DNA of 42,339 nt from positions 1 through 42,339 of IMG/VR virus record IMGVR_UViG_3300049137_000021, one strand, 5' to 3'. Positions 18,705 through 25,872 of this stretch are shown here, piece by piece. The position numbers and the translations under genes were made by a program. The stretch comes from a virus (Duplodnaviria; Caudoviricetes). Positions within the stretch are counted from its first letter, which is position 1. The number at the start of each line of letters is the position of its first letter. The notes beneath the pieces are model-generated. The model searched no databases, had not been told where the DNA came from, and was given only the letters and a program-made list of their open reading frames with translations.

Positions 18705-18733
18705 GAAGCCCCCGGGGAAACCTGGGGGCTTTT
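18705..18733 (+). terminator. Repeated hairpin terminator
   Basis: GAAGCCCCCGGG-GAAA-CCTGGGGGCTTTT. Confidence 0.7.
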
Positions 18734-18745
18734 CTCGTGTTCGGG

Positions 18746-18775
18746 TTGTGCCTACTCACGTGAGTAGGCTAGAGT
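18746..18775 (+). promoter_or_regulatory. Repressor promoter with CIR copy 9 (18752-18767)
   Basis: TTGTGC-18 bp-TAGAGT with the operator in the spacer. Confidence 0.7.
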
Positions 18776-18812
18776 CAGCTACGCAAGCACACGACGACGA
18801 AGGGGCAGGGGC

Positions 18813-21158
18813 ATGCAGCGCACGGAGGTCTACAACACGGCAAAGCCCCTGTTCCTCATGACGGTCGGCAGCGGTAAGGCGACGCACCTGACCGTGGGCA
18901 ACGACGAGACGCTGTGCGGCCGCGCGGGTGAGTACGGTGACCTTCGCGGCGACTTCTGCGTTCGATGCGACAAAGCCGCTATGCGCATGGTCGCCGAGAA
19001 GGCTGCCGCCGACGAAGCCGAAAAGATTGCCGAAGTGGTGCCTACTCACGTGAGTAGTCTGGTAGAGTCGGCTACGCAGGACGACGACGGCGACGAAGGG
19101 GACACGATGAAGTTCACGGCGGAGTACAAGGGCGAGAAGTTCACCCGGACGTCGACCACCCGCACGTACACGCACGTCGCTGTCATCGAACGCAACGGCG
19201 AGTTCATTGCCGCCCGATGGAGCATGACCCCGGAAGCCGCCGCGAAGCGCCTGCCGCACGGTCTGGAAGCTGAGCGGGTCGCCACGGTGGCAGTCACGCC
19301 GGAAGGCGCGGAGCCGGTCGCCGACGAAGCCGCGCAGCCTACTCACGTGAGTGAGCTGGACACTGCTACCTCGGAGCCCGTAGAGTCGGCCCCGCAGGAC
19401 AACAACAAGGAAACGGGGGGCCGGACCATGGCCGCTAAGAAGCTGAAGCTGAAGGACGTTCGGGGCGACATCCGTATCGGGCAGCCGGTCGGCACTAACG
19501 GCGCACTGCACGCGCTGAAGCCTGAGGTTGACGCCAACGGCCGGAACGTTGCCTACTGCCCGACGAAGTTCAAGACGCCGATCCGCTCGTTCGGCCCGGC
19601 CATGGAGCAGAAGCCGGAACTTGAGCTGTGCGCCGGTTGCTCGAAGGTCGTGCCGACCGGCGACGTGATCGTGACCGAAAAGCCGGTTCAGGTGCCGGGC
19701 CTTGGCCTGACGGTCACTCAGAAAGTCATCACGCCCGTTGACGCCGCTTACAACGACGCGTTCGAGAAGGCCCGCGCACTGGGCGCCGATCACGCCGAAG
19801 CCGCTGACCGTGCCATCGAAGCGCGTGCCGCCGCTGTCCTCCGCAAGAACTGTCCGGAGTGTGGCGACGAGTTCGCGAATGGCGAGTACCTGAATCTGCA
19901 CATCCATGCGGAGCACAACAAGGGAGAGAACACCATGCCGAAGACCGACGCGAAGCCGGAGCCGACGCAGGACGTTGACGCGCTGATCAGCGACGTACAC
20001 GGCTGGGTGGACAAGATCAAGGGCGCCGCGAACACGGCGTTCGTGACGGAGTTCGCCACGGAGGCTGAGGCAATCATCAAGACCCTGCCGACCGACAAGC
20101 GCAACGCCCTGCGGAAGACCGTCAGCGACGCGAAGAAGGCCCGGTTGGACGAGCTGAAGCCCGCTGCCGCTGCGCCGTCCACGGAGGTTGCCACCCGCGC
20201 GAGCGCCGAAGTGGCCGAAGACTTCTATCAGTACGACGGCGTGAAGAAGCTCGTCACCGACGGCGTGAAGCTCTTCAACGAGGGGCTTGACCTTGGCCTG
20301 AAGCTGGGCAACGTCGGCGAGAAGCTCGCGCACACGATCCTCGACGTGCGCACCCGCATCCCCAACCCGGACGCGAAGAACCTGCCCGATCTCATGGCCG
20401 ACCGGAAGACCACGAAGAACGCCGCGTCGGAGATCTACAACAAGGCCAAGGAAAGCATCGCCGATGACGACGTCGAGCGTCTCGCGGCACACGCGTCCAT
20501 GGTCCGCGCGTCCCAGAACAAGATGTCTGACGTCCTGGTCGAGTGGCTGGAGTCCTTCGACGGACCGGACCGCGAGCAGTCGCGCACGATCATGGACGAG
20601 CTTTTCCCGGGCGCCACGAAGAAGCTCGACGACAATGCCGAGATTCGCGCGGAGTACGCGGCTGAGGGTAAGGCAGATGACCCGGAGTGCCCGGCGGAAC
20701 TGACCCCGGCCGACGCTATCCGCGCGCTGTACGAAGAGCACGAGATTGAGCTTCCCCGCTACGGCCGCACGGAGCTTGCCCGCTACGACCGGCGCGTGAA
20801 GGCCATCGAGACCGCCACGAAGCAGCGGGAAGCCCTGGTCGAGTCCACGGATCCGGGCGCGGAAGCTCAGCTTCAGGAAGTCGACGCGAAGATCGAAGAG
20901 CTGAAGGGTGAAGTCCCCGCCGACTACCTCGCCGAGAAGCTCGCGCCGGTCAAGGAGAAGACGGACGCCGAGAAGACGAAGGAAGCGCTCGAAGCCGTCA
21001 AGGCTCAGTTGGAGAAGGCCGGGAAGCGCTTCGCGAAGGTCAAGGCAGCGAACGAGAAGCGGAAGGCAAAGGCGGCGCTGTACGACATCATTCGCGCTGC
21101 TGCGAACGACTTCGACCTTGACCTTAGTGCCCTGGTCACGAGCGACGACGACGAGTAA
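18813..21158 (+). CDS. c: Immunity repressor, phiC31 c-type, with nested in-frame isoforms
   Basis: Lies between late and early regions; 'KKLKLKDVRGD', 'QKPELELCAGCSKVVPTG', 'ELPRYGRTELARYDRRVKAIE', 'FDLDLSALVT' match the phiC31 repressor as recalled; internal operators and RBS-ATG starts at 19107, 19428, 19935. Confidence 0.9.
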   Translation: MQRTEVYNTAKPLFLMTVGSGKATHLTVGNDETLCGRAGEYGDLRGDFCVRCDKAAMRMVAEKAAADEAEKIAEVVPTHVSSLVESATQDDDGDEGDTMKFTAEYKGEKFTRTSTTRTYTHVAVIERNGEFIAARWSMTPEAAAKRLPHGLEAERVATVAVTPEGAEPVADEAAQPTHVSELDTATSEPVESAPQDNNKETGGRTMAAKKLKLKDVRGDIRIGQPVGTNGALHALKPEVDANGRNVAYCPTKFKTPIRSFGPAMEQKPELELCAGCSKVVPTGDVIVTEKPVQVPGLGLTVTQKVITPVDAAYNDAFEKARALGADHAEAADRAIEARAAAVLRKNCPECGDEFANGEYLNLHIHAEHNKGENTMPKTDAKPEPTQDVDALISDVHGWVDKIKGAANTAFVTEFATEAEAIIKTLPTDKRNALRKTVSDAKKARLDELKPAAAAPSTEVATRASAEVAEDFYQYDGVKKLVTDGVKLFNEGLDLGLKLGNVGEKLAHTILDVRTRIPNPDAKNLPDLMADRKTTKNAASEIYNKAKESIADDDVERLAAHASMVRASQNKMSDVLVEWLESFDGPDREQSRTIMDELFPGATKKLDDNAEIRAEYAAEGKADDPECPAELTPADAIRALYEEHEIELPRYGRTELARYDRRVKAIETATKQREALVESTDPGAEAQLQEVDAKIEELKGEVPADYLAEKLAPVKEKTDAEKTKEALEAVKAQLEKAGKRFAKVKAANEKRKAKAALYDIIRAAANDFDLDLSALVTSDDDE
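19042..19068 (+). promoter_or_regulatory. Intragenic CIR copy 10 (19042-19057) plus -10-like TAGAGT
   Basis: Operator read in frame as 'PTHVS'; precedes RBS and ATG 19107. Confidence 0.65.
19339..19386 (+). promoter_or_regulatory. Intragenic CIR copy 11 (19339-19354) and internal promoter
   Basis: CTACTCACGTGAGTGA then TGGACA-18 bp-TAGAGT, upstream of ATG 19428. Confidence 0.7.
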
Positions 21159-21177
21159 TCAGCCGGACACACTGAGT

Positions 21178-21207
21178 GGCGCCCCTGGGAACAGTCCTGG
21201 GGGCGCC
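21178..21207 (+). terminator. Hairpin after the repressor gene
   Basis: GGCGCCCCTGGGA...TCCTGGGGGCGCC, no U-tract. Confidence 0.45.
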
Positions 21208-21226
21208 GCCCGTAGAAGGGGGAACC

Positions 21227-21481
21227 ATGGGTGAGTACCTGACAGTCGAGTCACACGACGACAGCGAGACGCACGCGCTAAGGCAGGCACCCGGCGTCTA
21301 CAGCGCTGAGTGCGGAGTAGCGGCTTCCTTCCCTGCCGGTAAGGCTGAGCCGTCGTGCTCCGGCTGCCGGACGGCGCTGGGACTGCCGGTCAAGGAAGAC
21401 CCCGCCGTTACCGCGGCGTTCGAGCGGCTGGGCGACAGCGTGAAGGCCCGGCTAGCGCGCGAGAAGGGGGCGAAGCCGTGA
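21227..21481 (+). CDS. Small putative Zn-binding protein (H...CG...CxxC)
   Basis: RBS AAGGGGG; 'ETHAL...ECG...PSCSGCR'. Confidence 0.7.
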   Translation: MGEYLTVESHDDSETHALRQAPGVYSAECGVAASFPAGKAEPSCSGCRTALGLPVKEDPAVTAAFERLGDSVKARLAREKGAKP

Positions 21482-21711
21482 TTCCGGAGTACCGGGTATT
21501 CCGCACGTTCTACAACGACGAAACGCACGCCGTCGTGAAGGCAGAGGAACTCACGGATGCTGCGTGCGGCGCCCCACCTTCGTACCCCACGGGCGAGGCT
21601 GGGCCGTCGTGTGCTCGATGCCGGGAAGCCCTGGGCATGCCGCGGGGGGACGTCGACCCCGCCGACACCACCACGTTCGGTCGGCGGCGCGAGGAAGGGC
21701 AGCAGCAGTGA
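21478..21711 (+). CDS. Small putative Zn-binding protein, paralog of the upstream gene
   Basis: GTGA overlap; 'ETHAV...ACG...PSCARCREALG'. Confidence 0.7.
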   Translation: MIPEYRVFRTFYNDETHAVVKAEELTDAACGAPPSYPTGEAGPSCARCREALGMPRGDVDPADTTTFGRRREEGQQQ

Positions 21712-21917
21712 GTGAGCCCGTGTGCGTCGCTGCCGGTCGCGAGTCGAGCCCGTGTGAGGGCGGCGTGACCTTCCGCATGTACCTTCCGGCCGTCCACCTG
21801 GTCACCGAAGACGAGACGCAATACGTCTACGCGTGCAAGCGGTATGACCATCTGGGTATGGCAGTGTCCGGCGCGTCACAGGCCGGAATGTCCCTAGCGG
21901 TCACTCGCGTGGCCTGA
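21708..21917 (+). CDS. Hypothetical protein (69 aa)
   Basis: GTGA overlap, RBS, followed by a terminator. Confidence 0.55.
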   Translation: MSEPVCVAAGRESSPCEGGVTFRMYLPAVHLVTEDETQYVYACKRYDHLGMAVSGASQAGMSLAVTRVA

Positions 21918-21928
21918 GCGCCCCTTTC

Positions 21929-21962
21929 AGCCCCGCCGGGTCTCCACGTACCGGCGGGGCTT
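21929..21962 (+). terminator. Intrinsic terminator
   Basis: AGCCCCGCCGG...CCGGCGGGGCTT. Confidence 0.65.
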
Positions 21963-21990
21963 CGTCACGCCCTCACAGCGCCATACAGCG

Positions 21991-22098
21991 CCGACCAGCC
22001 ATGCGTGATGCTGTGACGTTGTTACTCATTTTCTGAATTCACATAAGACATCTCTATAGGCAATCCAAAGTCGGCGTCCCATCGTCGCAACGTCACAC
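21991..22098 (+). repeat. 108-bp direct repeat, copy 1
   Basis: 6 mismatches to 40914-41021; internal inverted ends TGTGACGTTG/CAACGTCACA; AT-rich core. Confidence 0.9.
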
Positions 22099-22111
22099 AC
22101 CCCGCTGTGCA

Positions 22112-22127
22112 GTCTCCGACTCCCTTC
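22112..22127 (+). promoter_or_regulatory. Phage-specific promoter motif (start of early region)
   Basis: GTCTCCGACTCCCTTC. Confidence 0.7.
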
Positions 22128-22165
22128 AAACCACGTAGAGACACCTACGCTGAAGGGGGCACACA

Positions 22166-23047
22166 GTGCCGAAGATTCGCACTATCTACAGGGGCGGAAG
22201 CCGCTTCTACGTCCACCCGATCGAGCGCGACCTAGTGCACCCGGGTGTGACCTCGATTCTGGGCATGCTGCCGAAGCAGAATTTCCTAGGGCCGTGGAAC
22301 GCGAAGATGGCAGCGACGCTCGCTGTCGACTCCATCGACTTCGTTGCCGACATGGCAGCGCGCGACAGGGACGGCGCCATTCAGTACCTCAGCGGTGCCG
22401 CTCGCCGGTACACGAAGGTGCGCGCCGACGTCGGGTCGGAGGCTCACGACCTGTTCGAGCGGATCATGCGCGGCGAGTACGTCGGCCGGGTGCGCGACGA
22501 TCTCACCCCGTACGTCACTCACTTCCGTGAGTTCCTCGAAGCCGTCAACCCGGAGTTCGTACGCGCTGAGGACGTGGCGTGGTCGGACACATACGGGTAC
22601 GCCGGGTCGTTCGACGTGTGGCTTCGCGTGTGGGTGGAAGTCGACGCCGACGGCGTGCCGGTCCGACAGCCGGACGGTTCCTTTGCCGTCACCCCGGATC
22701 GTTCGGGCAGGCCGGTGCTGCTCATGGCCGACTGGAAGACGTCGAAGGCGACCTACCCGGACGTGGCGCTTCAGTTGGCTGCCTATCAGCGCGCGGACTT
22801 CGTCATCGACGGCGAGACCGGCGAGACGGAACCCATGCCTGAGTTCGACGGCGCGGCCGTCCTGCACATCACGGACGAGACGTGGGCGTTCAAGCCGGTC
22901 GACACGGGCGACGAAGTGTTCGCTGAGTTCCTGCGGCTCCGCGGCACGTTCGACTGGGATCGTGACCTGAGTCGGAAGGTCATCGGCAAGCCCATGGCGA
23001 AGAAGGCTGGGAAGCTCGTCACCGGCACTCAGCGGAGGGCTCGCTAG
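22166..23047 (+). CDS. PD-(D/E)XK-family exonuclease
   Basis: 'PGVTSIL', 'G..AH', 'YAGSFD', 'ADWKTSK', 'QLAAY' RecB/Cas4-like nuclease motifs; no Cys, so no Fe-S cluster. Confidence 0.8.
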   Translation: MPKIRTIYRGGSRFYVHPIERDLVHPGVTSILGMLPKQNFLGPWNAKMAATLAVDSIDFVADMAARDRDGAIQYLSGAARRYTKVRADVGSEAHDLFERIMRGEYVGRVRDDLTPYVTHFREFLEAVNPEFVRAEDVAWSDTYGYAGSFDVWLRVWVEVDADGVPVRQPDGSFAVTPDRSGRPVLLMADWKTSKATYPDVALQLAAYQRADFVIDGETGETEPMPEFDGAAVLHITDETWAFKPVDTGDEVFAEFLRLRGTFDWDRDLSRKVIGKPMAKKAGKLVTGTQRRAR

Positions 23048-23062
23048 TCACCGACTCCCTTC
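23047..23062 (+). promoter_or_regulatory. Phage-specific promoter motif
   Basis: GTCACCGACTCCCTTC. Confidence 0.7.
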
Positions 23063-23095
23063 CTGGTCTTCAACAGATCAGGAAGGGAGTTTTTC

Positions 23096-23359
23096 GTGTC
23101 TGGTGTTCGTGCCCCTGAGGGCATGTTTTTCCGCGTGCAGGCGGCGGCGTTCGGCATGTCGATGTCTGTGCAGCTACGGCAGCGTGGGTTGTTCACGAGT
23201 CGGAAGCTGGAAGAGACGTACGTATACCCCGGCGACTACGACACAGCCGCCGAAGCCATCGAGCACGGCATGCGACGGGTGCTCGCGCGCCATGACGTAA
23301 CCGTGGAAGCCCGCGCGAAGTACCGGGCGGCGCTGAAGCTGGCGGGAGACAGCGAGTGA
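23096..23359 (+). CDS. Hypothetical protein (87 aa)
   Basis: RBS AAGGGAG; downstream of promoter motif. Confidence 0.7.
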   Translation: MSGVRAPEGMFFRVQAAAFGMSMSVQLRQRGLFTSRKLEETYVYPGDYDTAAEAIEHGMRRVLARHDVTVEARAKYRAALKLAGDSE

Positions 23360-23514
23360 CGCGTGAGGAAGCGCTGAAGACGGCGACGGAGCACATCGAG
23401 AAACTGGCGACGAATTCGCGTGGCTACCAGGACGGCGTGCGCTTCCCGGAGAAGGTCGCTGCGGTCGAGCGGCTTGCCCGGTTCCTTATGGACGACGAGA
23501 AGGAGGACGCGTGA
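23356..23514 (+). CDS. Hypothetical protein (52 aa, not in ORF track)
   Basis: MTREEALKTATEHIEKLATNSRGYQDGVRFPEKVAAVERLARFLMDDEKEDA; GTGA overlap, RBS GGGAG. Confidence 0.65.
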   Translation: MTREEALKTATEHIEKLATNSRGYQDGVRFPEKVAAVERLARFLMDDEKEDA

Positions 23515-23576
23515 GCGGCCCCAACTGTCTGTGCAATCCCCAGCGTTCCGGCCTGTGCGGAAGCTGCGGCGGGTAA
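23511..23576 (+). CDS. Putative 21-aa Cys-rich peptide
   Basis: MSGPNCLCNPQRSGLCGSCGG; RBS AAGGAGG, GTGA overlap. Confidence 0.45.
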   Translation: MSGPNCLCNPQRSGLCGSCGG

Positions 23577-23588
23577 CCGACTCCCTTC
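23573..23588 (+). promoter_or_regulatory. Phage-specific promoter motif
   Basis: GTAACCGACTCCCTTC. Confidence 0.7.
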
Positions 23589-23627
23589 ACTCCAGTCGTA
23601 AGCAACCCGCGTAAAGGAGAGTGCCTC

Positions 23628-23834
23628 TTGTTCGACTTCCTGAAGGTCTTCGTCGTGTGGCTCGTGCTCGCCGTCCTGGGCATGGTCGTGGGCGCGCTGG
23701 GCATCATGCTGTACCTGGCTCTGTGGCACCACCACAACGCCGCCGTTCCCGCTCTGGGCTTCATCGACTGCACGTACGTCGTCGGCGCGGTTGGCCTTCT
23801 GTCGCTCGCTGTGGCGCCTTCTACGCGCAACTAG
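23628..23834 (+). CDS. Small membrane protein (2 TM)
   Basis: RBS AAAGGAG; two hydrophobic segments. Confidence 0.7.
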   Translation: MFDFLKVFVVWLVLAVLGMVVGALGIMLYLALWHHHNAAVPALGFIDCTYVVGAVGLLSLAVAPSTRN

Positions 23835-23863
23835 CGGCCGGTTGACCCAATCCCCCACACAGA

Positions 23864-23901
23864 ACCCCTCAGTGCCTTACACGGGCGCTGGGGGGTCTTT
23901 T
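23864..23901 (+). terminator. Intrinsic terminator
   Basis: ACCCCTCAGTGCC...GGCGCTGGGGGGTCTTTT. Confidence 0.6.
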
Positions 23902-23920
23902 GTATGCCCCTTTGTGCCAG

Positions 23921-23936
23921 GTCACCGACTCCCTTC
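23921..23936 (+). promoter_or_regulatory. Phage-specific promoter motif
   Basis: GTCACCGACTCCCTTC. Confidence 0.7.
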
Positions 23937-24030
23937 ACCAAAGGGGACAGAGAACCACGAGACGGGCGGGAAGCCGGAAGCGCTGAGTGCGCCGACCCTT
24001 CCCGCCCGCCTATCAAGGGAGATCCCTAGT

Positions 24031-24750
24031 ATGGCTGGTTTCAACCTTTGGGCGACCGACCCCGAGAACAAGCCCAAGCAGCGTGAGACGTACGCAGATG
24101 ACACGGTCGGCCGCCTGCACTCCGGATACATGGACGAGACCGGCAAGAAGGCGCGCCCCGTGGCGCTCAGCGAGTGGCGCTTCAGCACCGGCGAAAAGGC
24201 CGTGTCTGATGCCGTCGCCCAGCTCTTCGGCGGCACACCCGTGGAGAACGAGGAGTCCACGTCTGAGAACTTCATCGACGTGTTCACCTCCGCCACGAAG
24301 ATCCCCGTGATCATCGAGCCGGACGGTATCCACGCCGACATGAAGCAGTGGGTGAACGGCAAGCTGATCCACCACTGCGACGGCATCAACTTCGTGTCGC
24401 CCGACGAGAAGAAGGGCGAGCCCTGCGGCTGTCCGACCCTGTTCGCTGAGCGCAAGCAGGCAGCGAAGGACTATCAGGGGCCGAACCCTTCGATCACCGT
24501 GACCTTCCGTCTCGCCGACGACCCGGAGCTTGGCAAGTTCAAGTTCCAGACGGGTAGTTGGACGCTCGCTGCGGTGCTCCATGAGGCCATGGACGGGCTT
24601 GACCGTGTCGGCACGACGGCGCTCGCCCATCTGGAACTTGAGTACGTCGAGTACACGCCGTCGAAGGGTCCGATGCGGAACAAGCTCGTGTCGTACACGA
24701 AGCCCGTCATCAAGATCGTGAAGGCGTACAACGACGCCATTGCCGAGTGA
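24031..24750 (+). CDS. Recombination directionality factor (phiC31 gp3 homolog)
   Basis: '[11 protein letters not shown]', '[27 protein letters not shown]', 'HHCDG...PCGCP', '[10 protein letters not shown]' match phiC31 gp3 as recalled; ATG 24031 after AAGGGAG. Confidence 0.88.
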   Translation: MAGFNLWATDPENKPKQRETYADDTVGRLHSGYMDETGKKARPVALSEWRFSTGEKAVSDAVAQLFGGTPVENEESTSENFIDVFTSATKIPVIIEPDGIHADMKQWVNGKLIHHCDGINFVSPDEKKGEPCGCPTLFAERKQAAKDYQGPNPSITVTFRLADDPELGKFKFQTGSWTLAAVLHEAMDGLDRVGTTALAHLELEYVEYTPSKGPMRNKLVSYTKPVIKIVKAYNDAIAE

Positions 24751-24929
24751 GCGCCATGGAGCCCGCGTCGCCGGAAGCATGGGCGCACGTAATGGCGAGC
24801 GCGAGTGACGAAGCCGTGCGGGCTCCGCTGTGGCAGTACCCGCCGGAAGCTCGTCGCGCCGTCCTTCATCAGCGTGCCCGCCGGTTCGGAACGCCGACGG
24901 CCGACGACTTCGATCCGGAGTACCGATAG
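24747..24929 (+). CDS. Hypothetical protein (60 aa)
   Basis: GTGA overlap within the early operon. Confidence 0.6.
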   Translation: MSAMEPASPEAWAHVMASASDEAVRAPLWQYPPEARRAVLHQRARRFGTPTADDFDPEYR

Positions 24930-25220
24930 GTGAGCAAGCGGGGAACGGTCACCGACTACGCGGGGGAAGCCCTGTTCGTCGGTGACCTAGTCAACTACGC
25001 GACTCGCTGCGGGAATGGCACCCGCGCCGCTGACGCAATCATTCGGAAGATCGAGATTCGCTACGCCTACGGGAAGCGAATTCCGTTCCTCCGCGTGCAG
25101 CCGACCGGCGTGGAATCCCGTAGCGGGCTCGACGAGCGCAAGTCGTTGCGCGAGGAGTGGATAGGGACGGATCACGTGCGCCTTCTGCGCAGCAACGTGA
25201 CCGGCCAAAGGAACGGCTGA
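24930..25220 (+). CDS. Hypothetical protein (96 aa)
   Basis: Abuts the previous stop; RBS GGAG; followed by a terminator. Confidence 0.7.
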   Translation: MSKRGTVTDYAGEALFVGDLVNYATRCGNGTRAADAIIRKIEIRYAYGKRIPFLRVQPTGVESRSGLDERKSLREEWIGTDHVRLLRSNVTGQRNG

Positions 25221-25226
25221 AACACG

Positions 25227-25266
25227 GAGCCCCCGGCGGAGCAATGCGCTTCGTACGGGGGCTTTT
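25227..25266 (+). terminator. Intrinsic terminator
   Basis: GAGCCCCCG...CGGGGGCTTTT. Confidence 0.6.
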
Positions 25267-25277
25267 CGTGTCTCAGC

Positions 25278-25293
25278 CTACTCACGTGAGTAG
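25278..25293. promoter_or_regulatory. Repressor operator (CIR) copy 12
   Basis: CTACTCACGTGAGTAG. Confidence 0.75.
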
Positions 25294-25299
25294 GTTGGA

Positions 25300-25476
25300 A
25301 TGGAACTGGGGATTAGTGGCACAGCGGCTCCGGCGCTGGGCGACCTTCGCGCTCTGAAGGCAGGCGACACCGTATGGGTGTACGCCGACGCGAACGGGCG
25401 GGCTGACTGGGCACGGTACGCAGACGCGATCGTTACCGCTGTCACGCGTGGGGCGGACGTGCGCCATGCCTCATGA
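25300..25476 (+). CDS. Hypothetical protein (58 aa, not in ORF track)
   Basis: MELGISGTAAPALGDLRALKAGDTVWVY...; fills the gap and overlaps the HNH start. Confidence 0.55.
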   Translation: MELGISGTAAPALGDLRALKAGDTVWVYADANGRADWARYADAIVTAVTRGADVRHAS

Positions 25477-25843
25477 GCCGAAGTGCCCTTGCCAGCCCTG
25501 CCGGAACAAGCGCCGGAAGGCGTACATCAAGGACTATTACCGCAAGCTCCCGAAGGACAAGCGCCACACGCTGAGCCAGAAGCGCCGGGCCACGGCGTAC
25601 GGCGTTACCCATGAGGAATACAGCCGCACGGAGATCATGCGCCGCTGGGGATACCGCTGCGCCTACTGCGACGAGCGTGCGACCCATCTCGACCACGTGC
25701 ACCCGCTCAGCAAGGGCGGCGCTGACGCTGCGCACAACATGCTTCCGGCTTGTGCTCCCTGCAACCTCAGCAAGGGCGCGAAGACGCTTGCCGACTGGGC
25801 GCTGACGTTCGGCCCTAAGCGCGAGTCACCGACTCCCTTCTAG
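25466..25843 (+). CDS. HNH endonuclease
   Basis: 'CAYC...HLDHVHPLSKGG...HNMLPACAPCNLSKG'. Confidence 0.9.
   Translation: MPHEPKCPCQPCRNKRRKAYIKDYYRKLPKDKRHTLSQKRRATAYGVTHEEYSRTEIMRRWGYRCAYCDERATHLDHVHPLSKGGADAAHNMLPACAPCNLSKGAKTLADWALTFGPKRESPTPF
25825..25840 (+). promoter_or_regulatory. Phage-specific promoter motif
   Basis: GTCACCGACTCCCTTC upstream of primase-helicase. Confidence 0.7.
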
Positions 25844-25872
25844 GCCTTCGAACCAGAGAGAAGGGATCTTCC

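Noticed and set aside
18756-20741. 661-aa minus-strand ORF
   Set aside because: Antisense shadow of the repressor caused by high-GC codon bias; no motifs.
22166-23047. Cas4 as evidence of a CRISPR-related system
   Set aside because: No Fe-S cysteines, no array and no other cas genes; an ordinary phage PD-(D/E)XK nuclease.
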